From positions 96,001 through 160,000 of the forward strand of contig CAXWPL010000001.1 in the NCBI GenBank assembly GCA_963666215.2: a DNA stretch of 64,000 nucleotides, in the 5' to 3' direction. Under the pieces are notes generated by a model. The model saw only the letters and a program-made list of their open reading frames with translations. It did not search any database and had not been told where the DNA came from. Within the stretch, counting starts at the first letter, position 1. Each line of letters begins with the position of its first letter. This document shows, piece after piece, positions 1 through 8,972 of this stretch. The DNA is from Acidobacteriota bacterium. GTDB taxonomy: Bacteria > Acidobacteriota > UBA890 > WLXD01. The translations under genes and the position numbers were made by a program.

Positions 1-2
1 CG

Positions 3-887
3 GCGCTCGACGCCCTTGCCGCAACGCTCGGCGACGGAGCACTGGCCGCCAACCCGATCCTGATGATCGCACTGCTCCTGTTGCTGGTGGCGCTGGCCTT
101 CAAGGTGGCAGCGGTGCCCTTCCACCTCTGGGCACCCGACGCCTACAGCGGCGCGCCGACACCCGTGGCTCTGTTCATCTCGGTCGCGTCCAAGGGCGCC
201 GCTTTCGCGATGATGCTTCGTATTCTGTATTCCGGGCTGGGACCACTAGCACCTTCCTGGGCGGCGGTCCTCGCGGTGATCTCGGCCATCACCATGACGT
301 TCGGCAACGTCGCCGCGCTGAGCCAAACCAACATCAAGCGGATGCTCGCCTACTCCAGCATCGCGCACGCCGGCTACGCGCTCATCGGCGTGGTCGCTGG
401 CGGCGAAACGGGCCTCGCCGCGACGCTCTTCTATCTGTTCGCCTACACGTTCATGAACGTTGGCGCTTGGGGCACCATCATGCTCCTGCGGCGCGACGGG
501 CTGGCCGGCGACCAGATCGACGACTTCGCCGGACTCGGGCAGCGCTCGTACTGGGCGGCGGGGGCAATGCTGTTGTTCTTGCTCTCGCTCGGCGGCATCC
601 CGCCAACGATCGGCTTCCTCGGCAAGTGGTACCTTTTCGGCGCCGCCATCGGCGCCGGCTGGGTCTGGCTAGCGCTCATCGGCGCTCTCAATGCGGCGGC
701 CTCGCTCTACTACTACCTGCGCATCGTGGTTGCCATGCTCATCCGTGAGCCCGAAGACAACGTGACGCTGGTCAACTCGACACCTCTGAATCTGACCCTC
801 GCAATCAGCGCAGTCATGACAGTCCTCGGACTCCTCTGGGCCACACCGTTCCTCGAGTGGGCGCAACGGGCTACGCTGTCGTTCTGA
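3..887 (+). CDS. nuoN: NADH-quinone oxidoreductase subunit N, 5' part outside the window
   Basis: Motifs FKVAAVPFHLWAPDAYSGAP, NIKRMLAYSSIAHAGY, LSLGGIPPTIGFLGKW and YYYLRIV; the frame is open back to the window edge. Confidence 0.95.
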   Translation, partial: ALDALAATLGDGALAANPILMIALLLLLVALAFKVAAVPFHLWAPDAYSGAPTPVALFISVASKGAAFAMMLRILYSGLGPLAPSWAAVLAVISAITMTFGNVAALSQTNIKRMLAYSSIAHAGYALIGVVAGGETGLAATLFYLFAYTFMNVGAWGTIMLLRRDGLAGDQIDDFAGLGQRSYWAAGAMLLFLLSLGGIPPTIGFLGKWYLFGAAIGAGWVWLALIGALNAAASLYYYLRIVVAMLIREPEDNVTLVNSTPLNLTLAISAVMTVLGLLWATPFLEWAQRATLSF

Positions 888-1348
888 AGCTACAAGGCAC
901 GCCTGCCTGTCGTAGCGGTGGCCTGACCCTCGGCGAGGAACCACCGGATGGGTGGCCGAGGTAACGACGGATGTCCGGTAAAAACGCGCTCGACGCGGTC
1001 GTGCAGGCTCTGCTAGCCGCTCTCATCGTGACCGCAGTCGATGTTCACTTCGTTCAGTGGACGAGCTACGCCATCGCGCCGAGCTTGCTGCTGTTTGGCT
1101 GGGTAGCCAACGGTCTGACGCTCACGGCAGTCGTTACGCCCGTGGCCCTGTGCGGCGCGCTGGTAGCCGGCCGTGTTACCGGATTTACTACGGCGCGTGA
1201 CAACGCTCGCCACTTAGCACTGACCACTTCTTCGCTTTTCGCGCTGGCCTTCTACAACCTGGTGCGTCTGAAAGCATGGGTGCCGCCCGTGCTCGGTCGA
1301 GCGACTTTTGCCGTGGCCGTTGTGGTTGGCGCCGCGGCGGCCATTCTG

Positions 1349-2659
1349 GGGGATGTCACAGGCTCCGTTGAAAAAGGGTGACGGTGATCCGACCTCGATA
1401 GTGTGTCGGGGTCAATCCACTGGCATGGAGGATCACCGTCATGAGCAAGAGTCGCAGAACAGAGACAAGTAGGAAAGCGGAGCGCCAAGAGAACCCGCTC
1501 CTGGAGGCAGTGGTAGCGGCGCGATCGGATCTACGAGCGCTGGTCATGGACGCGGGCTTCGGGGTGTTGGGTTCGCTGCTGGAAGAAGACCGGGCGGAGC
1601 TCTGCGGAGAGCGCTACGCGCGGTCACAGCAGCGGCGGGCGTACCGACACGGCTACGACGAGGGCTCGCTGGTGATGGGCGGCCGGCGGGTCAAGGTACG
1701 CAAGCCGCGGGCTCGGAGCGTCGATGGCCAAGAGCTGCCGCTGCCGCACTGGGAGAGGTTCAAGGCAACAGATCCGCTCGAAGAGCGCGCCGTAGAGCAG
1801 ATCCTGTGCGGCGTCACGACGCGCAAGTACGAGCGCTCGTTAGAGCAGCTCGACGACGGGCGAGCTTCGTCGGGAACGAGTCGCTCGAGTGTGTCGCGGC
1901 GGTTCGTAGCGCGTACAGCCAAGCAGGTGCAGCAGTACCTGGCCCAACCGCTCAATGAAGTGGACCTGCCGGTGCTGGTGATCGACGGCACGCACATGGG
2001 CAAGCACTTGTTGGTGGATCGCCATGGGCATCGACGCGGACGGCGTCAAGCATGTGCTGGGTGTCGTAGAGGGCACCACGGAGAGCTCCCACGTGTGCCG
2101 GTCGCTGCTGCGGCAGTTGATCGAGCGCGGCATGCCCGTCGAACGGGCGCGGTTGGTGGTAATCGATGGCTCCAAGGGCCTCCGTAAAGCAGTGCGCGAC
2201 ACGTTCGGCGAGTGGGCCCTGATCCAGCGCTTGTCCACAAGATCAAGAATGTATTGGAGCATCTGCCAGGGCATATCCGGCCCTGGTTCGCAGCCAAGAT
2301 TGGAAGGCGGAGACGCCACGCAGCGACCAAGGCCGACGCCGTGGTCAAGGAGCTGGAGACCGATCACCCCTGCAGCGGCCTCGCTCAGAGAAGGAATGCA
2401 AGAGAACCGTCACTGGCTCCGTCAGGGGCCGCTGCTTCGGAACGTTCAACGAATACGATCGAGAACCTGAACGGGACGATCAAACACGTCAGCCGCAACG
2501 TAAAGCGGTGGCGCTCCGGGAGCATGATGTTCGATGGGCGGGTCGAGGCCGAGAGCAAGTTCCGGAGGGTTCGTGGCTACCGCGACATCGCCAAGCTCGA
2601 TGCCGCACTCAACACCGCCGTGTTCCCCTTGAGCAGGAGCGGTCCGGTGGGACATCCCC
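1349..2659 (+). mobile_element. IS256-family insertion sequence (1311 bp), degenerate
   Basis: Terminal inverted GGGGATGTC...GACATCCCC; 8-bp direct repeat CCATTCTG at 1341-1348 and 2660-2667; transposase fragments inside. Confidence 0.92.
1441..2630 (+). pseudogene. IS256-family transposase, multiply frameshifted
   Basis: Fragments in different frames: 1441 (YRHGY..GGRRVKVRKPRAR, GVTTRKY, VIDG), 2024 (MGIDADGVKHVLG, VIDGSKGLRKAV) and 2212 (HKIKNV, STNTIENLN, VKRWR, FRRVRGY). Confidence 0.88.
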
Positions 2660-4462
2660 CCATTCTGCTGGCGCCGAAGCTGGCTCGTCGGGTGAAGGTC
2701 GCGATCGTGCCAATCGGACTCTGGGTGGCCATGAGTGGGTCCGTTCTTGCCTGGCTGGTCGCCTCACAGGGACGCAGCCAGGGCAGGGCAACGCTGAACC
2801 TCATGGCTGATCAGGGACTGGCGATCGGATTCCCTCCCCGCGTGGCCGCTCTGCTGTGCGTCGGCATCCTGCTGAATGCTGGCGCGCTCGGTTGGCTGCT
2901 GCGCAGCCCCGAGCTCCGAACCGGCAAAGTGTTGGCCGCCGTCGCGTCGACGTTGGCGATCAATTCGACCCTGTCGCTTGCGACCTTCGGCATCGCCCCC
3001 GGTACGGTGTCACCCGCGTTCGAACTGGCCGACCTCAGGTCGGCGTCGAAGACGACCGGAACCAACGTCATACTGATCGTGCTCGACACTGTGGGCGCCC
3101 GACACCTGCCAGCCTACGGGTACGATCGGCCGACCACTCCCAGGCTCGCGGCACTTGCCGCCAAGTCGACCCTATACGAGCACGCCTACGCAAACGCCAC
3201 ATCGTCGCTACCCTCACACGCCAGCATGCTGACCGGCTTGCTTCCACACCAGCACGGCGCTCGGAACTCGGTCACCCGAATGACCCCGAACGCCGCCGCG
3301 CCCGAGCTGTCGTCGCTTTCAATTCGGCCCGTGCCCCTCGACGATCGGCACACAACGCTCGCCGAGCGCCTGAGGCAGGCGGGCCACCATACTTCGCTCA
3401 TCGCGGCTAATTACGGTTACTTTGCATGGCCGTTCGGCCTTACTCAGGGCTTCGAATACGTCGATAATCGGCCAAGAAACCTGGCCCCGGTCGAGTTGGT
3501 CAGCGCCCCGCTGCTGCGCCAATTGACACCCTCCCGCCTCATCTCGCTTTACGAACGGGCCGCACTGTCGGTGTTCGACGCCGAGCAGATCGTGGCCCAC
3601 ACGCTCGACTGGCTCGACGATCCTCGGCGACCGGCGGCACCTTTCTTCCTGCTTGCGAACTTCATGGACGCCCACGAGATCCAGGTGGTCGATCGCGAGG
3701 ACGGACCTCTATCTGACCTCGGCGCCGCGATTGGCGCGCGACCACCGCTCTCGAGTCGCGATCAGTACGACGTAACGATCCGCTACCTCGATGCACATCT
3801 GGGCCAGTTTCTCGACGAGCTCGCAGCGCGCGACCTGTTTGAGGACAGCTTGATTATCGTGACCTCCGACCACGGCGAGCGCTTTTCGGCCGATGGAAGC
3901 AACGCCCACAGCATCGAAGTGTGGGAGTCACTCGTGCATGTGCCGCTGATTGTGAAGCGCCCGGGCCAACAACGAGGCTCGCGCGATGCGCGTCCCGTGC
4001 AGCTGGCGGGAATCTACGCAACCATTCTCGCGGAGCTCGGCATCGACCAGCCTGACGGAGCTCACGCCGACTCTTGGTCCTCCGCGAGCGCCCCGATCAT
4101 CCTCGAAGCCTATTTCGCAGCACTGGGCGGCAGCGAAGTCACTCTCGGCGAGGTGGCTTCGCAACGACCAACTTCCTGGGCGATTGTTGACGGGCGCTGG
4201 AAGCTCATCAAGTTCGGCGACGGGCGCGCCCTGCTGTTCGACGTCTGGGCCGACCCCGACGAGACCGACAACCAGATCACGCGGCAGCCCGATGTCGCCG
4301 CTCGACTCGCGGACGCTCTCGGCGACGTCGTAACCGAAGAGGTCGTCACGGCGCATCTCGACGTCGTTGAAGTCCAGCCGCTCGACAGCGAGACGCTGAG
4401 GCGTCTGCGCTCTCTCGGCTACGTGCAGTAGGCGACTCGCTGCCAGCAGGAACGCGGTGTGC

Positions 4463-5592
4463 CTAGCGAAGCAGCTCTTCGCGAAGATAACGCTCGAGGC
4501 GATCGGCATAGGTCGTGTTCGTGCTGGCGCTCGGGTGATTATCGTACGGCGCGTGCGAGGCCCCGGGCAGTGTCGTATCGACAGCTATGTCGACCGTCCG
4601 AGCTCCGATTTGGCGGGCGTAGCTCAGCATCGCGTGCGTGCGCGGGTGATCAGAGAGCCCGGCGAGCACGAGCTCAGAACCGTGCCCTAGGGCAAGCTCG
4701 GCGAAGCGGCCGAGAATCGCCCTCGTAACACCGTCACCATCCACCGAACGTGTCTCGACGCGGTTATAGAGCTCGTCGATGAAATTCGACAAGGCGGATT
4801 GGCGGTAGAACGGCAAGCCACGGTAATGAAGGGGAACGACCTCACGGCGCAACTCACCTTCGACCAGCCTGGCACGGGGAATCGCAATCAACCCCATGCT
4901 GTGTCCAATGCCTTGTGCCGCGCGCGTGGCGACGTGTTGCGTCGCGCGTGGAACCAGTTGTACGCGATCAGCACCACCCAAGGTGCTGGTCGCTGTGTTA
5001 ATGCCGCCTCGTACTGGATCAGCGCGTGCAGGGTGCCGTAGCCACCGACCCCGAAGTTGACAAGATCGAGCTCAGGGAAGCGTTCCTGCAGCTTCCACGG
5101 GAACGTCTCGTCGTCCTCGAGCAGCCAGCCGTAGGTGAACGAACCACCGAAGATCCAGACCGCGGCGCGGCCGCTGGTGGAAGGGTCGGGAGCTTCCGAA
5201 GCACCGGTTGACGGTCGTGTGATGCGCAACCCGTCGAGCGCGTTGCTGGTGTGGAAGACCTTGCCCCATCGCATCTCGATACGGTGGCGGCCTGGGCGGT
5301 AGACGTAGCCGAGATCGGGATCGCTGAGATACAAGCTTCCGCCAGGCTCGACCGAGGCGACCCCTACCTCGGAGCGCCCCCACGGCCGATAGCCGGCGAG
5401 GCGAACCAGCACCTCTCCCGCGAGCACGGCCAGCAGCACCGAGGCAGTCAGCAACGTGAGGCTCCGCCACCGTTCGCGCACTTGATCGGGTCCCTGACGT
5501 GGCACGAGAATCAGCTCCGTCGGGCATGCTGTAGCCGGCATCGTAGCGAGCACGGACCGGAGCGGAGCGCCAATGCAACCATCGATTGACAC
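4463..5592 (-). pseudogene. SGNH/GDSL hydrolase-family protein with a 1-nt frameshift near 4905 (pseudogene or sequencing error)
   Basis: ORF 4888-5592 has a TM helix, FGGSFTYG (block I) and VNFGVGGYG (block II); ORF 4463-4981 supplies DNHP (block V). One extra G (GCA TTG [G]GA CAC AGC) fuses them. Confidence 0.75.
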
Positions 5593-5871
5593 ATGAAAGA
5601 GGAATCACCCCTTGAAGCGACGCGCGAGTTGGCCAAGAACAGCCATCTGGGAATCATGTTCCCGGTTGCCATCGGACTCGGATTTTTCGTAGGTTACCAG
5701 GCGGATCGATGGCTGGGGACATCACCCTGGCTGGCACTCGCGGGCTTCTTTCTGGGCATGATCGCCGCGATCCGCAGCCTGCTGCAGGCGGTCACGCGTG
5801 AGGAGGGGTCGCAGGCAGATCGCGTCATCGGCCCGGAACCCGACGACGACCGGCAGGGGCGATCACACTGA
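5593..5871 (+). CDS. atpZ: AtpZ/AtpI-family ATP synthase accessory protein
   Basis: Two TM helices, GFFVGYQADRWLGTSPW motif, first gene before atpB. Confidence 0.85.
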   Translation: MKEESPLEATRELAKNSHLGIMFPVAIGLGFFVGYQADRWLGTSPWLALAGFFLGMIAAIRSLLQAVTREEGSQADRVIGPEPDDDRQGRSH

Positions 5872-6272
5872 GCAACGAGGCTCATCCAGACGCCTCCCAA
5901 GAGGCAGTTGAGCGCCTGTTACGCAACACTCGGCTTGCGCTGGGCGGGCTCGCCCTCGGCCTCGCGGCGTGGTCGCGATCGTGGCAGCAGACCCTCGGGC
6001 TCCTCGCCACAGGCGGCGTTCTGCTGTTGCATTTGCGCTCTCTGATCGCGATTACCAATAGTTTGCTGGATAGCCATAGAACGGCACCTAGCCCCCTCCA
6101 GATGGCGTTCCTCGTAGGTCGCTTCGCGTTGCTGGGCATGGTGCTCTGTGTTATCGTGCTGCTGCCTGGGGTTGGGGTTGTACCCATCGTCCTGGGCCTC
6201 TCAACCCTCGTTCTCGCCATTCTTCTGGAAGCGATCCTGCAGGTCGTGAGCGACCCGCACGGACAGCGCTAG
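5868..6272 (+). CDS. atpI: ATP synthase protein I (4-TM)
   Basis: Hydrophobic ORF between atpZ and atpB; the frame of ORF 6027-6272 is open back to CTG 5868, which overlaps the atpZ stop (CTGA). Confidence 0.7.
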   Translation: MSNEAHPDASQEAVERLLRNTRLALGGLALGLAAWSRSWQQTLGLLATGGVLLLHLRSLIAITNSLLDSHRTAPSPLQMAFLVGRFALLGMVLCVIVLLPGVGVVPIVLGLSTLVLAILLEAILQVVSDPHGQR

Positions 6273-6337
6273 CGCTCTCCTCTCCTGTCCGTGTCGCTGC
6301 GAGCGCCGCCGACACGACCGGGCAACCCGCGACGGCC

Positions 6338-7033
6338 ATGGAACACGAGACCTCTGCGCTTTACGACTGGCTACACTCGGCGCTCGATGGTGCATTCGGC
6401 GCAGGTGTGATCTCTGATCAGGCGGTGATGGCCTTCTTCATCGTGGTGTTGTCGGCGATTGCTTTCCCGTTGCTCGCGCGTCGCTTCTCACTCGACAAGC
6501 CAGGCCCGTTCCAACAGCTGCTCGAAATCGGCGTGGACTCGATCCACACCATGACCGATGCGTTCATCGGAGAGAATGGCCGGCGCTACGTGAAGGTGAT
6601 GGGTCCGATCGCCTTCTTCATCCTGGCCTCGAACCTTCTCGCCTTCTTCCCCGGCTTTCAGCCGCCAACCGCCGACCTCAACACCACGGCCGCGCTCGGG
6701 CTGATCACGTTTCTGCTCTACAACTTCGTGGGCATTCGAGCCCAGGGGGTCCGCTATCTCAAGCAGTTCACCGGCGACTCGATACTGATGATGCCGCTGA
6801 TGCTGCCCATCGAGATCCTCAGTCACATGTCGAGGCCGCTGTCACTGTCGATCCGGCTGTTCGGGAACATTTTCGCCGAGCACACCCTCGCCGGCGTGTT
6901 CTTCTTCCTGTTGCCGATCGGGCTGCCGGTGATCTTCGCGCCGCTCGGCGTATTCGTCGCGTTCATGCAGACGTTTGTCTTCGTGATGCTTTCCATGATT
7001 TACATCGCTGGAGCGCTCGAGCACGGCCACTAG
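6338..7033 (+). CDS. atpB: F0F1 ATP synthase subunit a
   Basis: PPTADLNTT, RPLSLSIRLFGNIFAEH (essential Arg), AFMQTFVFVMLSMIYI. Confidence 0.97.
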   Translation: MEHETSALYDWLHSALDGAFGAGVISDQAVMAFFIVVLSAIAFPLLARRFSLDKPGPFQQLLEIGVDSIHTMTDAFIGENGRRYVKVMGPIAFFILASNLLAFFPGFQPPTADLNTTAALGLITFLLYNFVGIRAQGVRYLKQFTGDSILMMPLMLPIEILSHMSRPLSLSIRLFGNIFAEHTLAGVFFFLLPIGLPVIFAPLGVFVAFMQTFVFVMLSMIYIAGALEHGH

Positions 7034-7092
7034 GCCGGAATCGCCGATCGCCCGACACCCGAAAGAAACACTTGCTGAAAGGAGCACCCCCG

Positions 7093-7422
7093 ATGAGCAA
7101 CAGAGTCGCCCTGGTTGCGGCCGCCGTACTGGTCGTGGTTGTCACACCCGGCCTGGCCTTGGCGCAGGACGGTTCCGTCTTCGACGTCAGCCAGGCGATC
7201 GCGATCTCTACAGGCTTCGGTATGGCCATAGCGGCTGCCGGATGTGGTCTGGCCCAGAGCCGTGCGATCGCTGCTGCGCTCGAAGGCATCGCCCGCAACC
7301 CGAGCGCCGCTGGCGCGATCCGCGGTGCGATGATCTTCGGTCTCGTCTTGATCGAGTCGCTGGCGATCTACGCACTGCTCGTCGCCATCCTCCTGATCTT
7401 CCTCTTCAACCGCGGCGCCTAG
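7093..7422 (+). CDS. atpE: F0F1 ATP synthase subunit c with N-terminal signal-like extension
   Basis: GIARNPSA loop and IESLAIY carboxylate; AAAGGAG RBS before ATG 7093. Confidence 0.96.
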   Translation: MSNRVALVAAAVLVVVVTPGLALAQDGSVFDVSQAIAISTGFGMAIAAAGCGLAQSRAIAAALEGIARNPSAAGAIRGAMIFGLVLIESLAIYALLVAILLIFLFNRGA

Positions 7423-7560
7423 GAGGGACCCGAGTATCGGGGCGCTCCTAAACTCGGTGGGGGCTGGGGCCAAGTCTCGATCCACAGGATCGAGACTTGG
7501 CGGCGAGGAGGGACCCGAGTATCGGGACGCTCCGCCAGCCGCGTCAGGAGAGACCCGAAC
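7420..7560. repeat. REP/BIME-like palindromic repeat cluster between convergent atpE and rex
   Basis: 28-bp AGGAGGGACCCGAGTATCGGG(G/A)CGCTCC at 7421-7448 and 7506-7533, partial third copy at 7546-7560; perfect 15-bp stem GCCAAGTCTCGATCC-ACA-GGATCGAGACTTGGC at 7469-7501. Confidence 0.75.
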
Positions 7561-7643
7561 GTCGCAGACCACTCGCCTACGCCGACGAAGAGTGAACCGC
7601 CGTCACGGCCCGCTGAGAGCGTGGCCGCGGCGGTGTTTTGTCG

Positions 7644-8282
7644 TCACTCCTTGAGATAGTAGGAAAGGCTCTCGAGCTCGACTTTGAGGTCGACATGCCG
7701 GCAATTGACGCCTTCGGGCACAAACGGGCGGACCGGCGCAAAGTTCAAGATGGCGCGTACTCCGGCCCGGGCCAGCCGATCGATCACCTGTTGGGCGGCC
7801 TCGGCAGGGACGGCCACGATGGCGATCTCCACACCACGCGCTTCGATCGTGCTTTCCAGCAGGTCGGCATTGTGAATCGGCACACCGCGCTTCGTACCGC
7901 CGCCAACTTTCTCGGGTGCAACGTCGAACAAGGCGACGATCTCGAAACCGCCCTGATTGAATCCAGCGTAGTCGGCCAGCGCGTTGCCGAGGTTCCCGGC
8001 CCCGACGATGACCACCGCACTGGCGTGATCGAGCCCGAGGATCTCCTCGACCACTTCTCGAAGATTGGCTACTTGATAACCAACCCCGCGCACTCCAAAG
8101 CCGCCAAAGCAGGCCAGGTCCTTGCGTACTTGAGAGGGTTTCAGGTGGCAGCGGGCGGCCATCTCGCGGCTCGACACCGTGGGAATTCCCTGTTCCTGAA
8201 ACTCCGTGAGCACACGCAGATAGAGCGACAGTCGGCGTGTCGTCGGTTCGGATGCGCGTCGACTCATCGAGAGTGTGTCCAC
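7644..8282 (-). CDS. rex: Redox-sensing transcriptional repressor Rex
   Basis: RRLSLYLR, SQVRKDLACFGGFGVRGVGY, IVGAGNLG Rossmann motif, ILNFAP. Confidence 0.96.
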   Translation of the reverse strand: MDTLSMSRRASEPTTRRLSLYLRVLTEFQEQGIPTVSSREMAARCHLKPSQVRKDLACFGGFGVRGVGYQVANLREVVEEILGLDHASAVVIVGAGNLGNALADYAGFNQGGFEIVALFDVAPEKVGGGTKRGVPIHNADLLESTIEARGVEIAIVAVPAEAAQQVIDRLARAGVRAILNFAPVRPFVPEGVNCRHVDLKVELESLSYYLKE

Positions 8283-8381
8283 CAGACCATGTCGCTATCT
8301 CCACGGCAGGCCACTACGGCGTGCTCGGGCTGCAGATAGAATAGGCACGCTAATCGGTTGTTGTCGAAACCCGAGTCGGAC

Positions 8382-8960
8382 ATGCAAGAGCACGACTACC
8401 GCATCGACTACGACCACCCGGACGTCGAGGGTCTGATGCAACAGATCCGAAAGCGCGTCGAGAGGCGGCGCACGTCGTCGACCTCAGCCGGCGTCGCGGC
8501 CGCACCAGTTCGAGCCATTCGTGAACGGCTCGAACTTACGGACGACCACGCCTTCGAGGTGCAGCGCGCGCTCGACCTGGCTGGCGATTGGAACGTCTCG
8601 CCCGAAGACCTACGCACCTCTCACGCCGGCATCCTGGGCCGCATTATTTCGGCCTGCCGGCGGCTCGCTCGGCCTGCTCTCAAGCTCGCCGTCAACGCGG
8701 ACCTGCCGCTCTACAAGCAGTTCAAGATCAATCTGGGGGTGGCGGGTGCCCTCGACGAGCTGCGAGCCGACAACGACGCGCTGCGTCAGCGTTTGGCCGA
8801 GCTCTCGAGCCAGGTCGAAGACCTCACCGGAGGCAGCCACACCGACGGCAGCCTGGCGATCGCCAGCCCCGATCGAGACCCGTCGGCTGCTGCCGGCGGA
8901 GCGGAGGTTGCGGCGAAGTCGAGCTCGGTGGCCGGACAGCTCGCCAAGCCGGCGCCGTAA
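8382..8960 (+). CDS. Hypothetical coiled-coil protein, first gene of the GT operon
   Basis: GC-typical codon use; PDVEGLMQQIRKRV N-terminus; heptad-like LDELRADNDALRQRLAELSSQVEDL; 12 bp upstream of a GT4 gene. Confidence 0.75.
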   Translation: MQEHDYRIDYDHPDVEGLMQQIRKRVERRRTSSTSAGVAAAPVRAIRERLELTDDHAFEVQRALDLAGDWNVSPEDLRTSHAGILGRIISACRRLARPALKLAVNADLPLYKQFKINLGVAGALDELRADNDALRQRLAELSSQVEDLTGGSHTDGSLAIASPDRDPSAAAGGAEVAAKSSSVAGQLAKPAP

Positions 8961-8972
8961 GAGGCTGCCAGA

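Larger units (their letters stand above)
971..4431 (+). pseudogene. Membrane-anchored sulfatase-like (alkaline phosphatase superfamily) gene interrupted by IS256
   Basis: Joining 971-1348 to 2668-4431 (IS and one TSD copy removed) gives one in-frame 713-aa ORF (...GAAAAIL|LAPKLARR...). It has N-terminal TM helices, NVILIVLDT, SLPSHASMLTG, FMDAH, TSDHGE and C-terminal LRSLGY. Confidence 0.9.

Noticed and set aside
889-916. Intrinsic terminator after nuoN
   Set aside because: Imperfect hairpin with no U-tract
2212-4431. 739-aa ORF as a natural transposase-sulfatase protein family
   Set aside because: The TSD and IRs show it is an insertion by-product
7421-7560. Mini CRISPR array from the 28-bp repeats
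   Set aside because: Only two good copies, irregular spacing, a spacer that is itself a hairpin, and no cas genes
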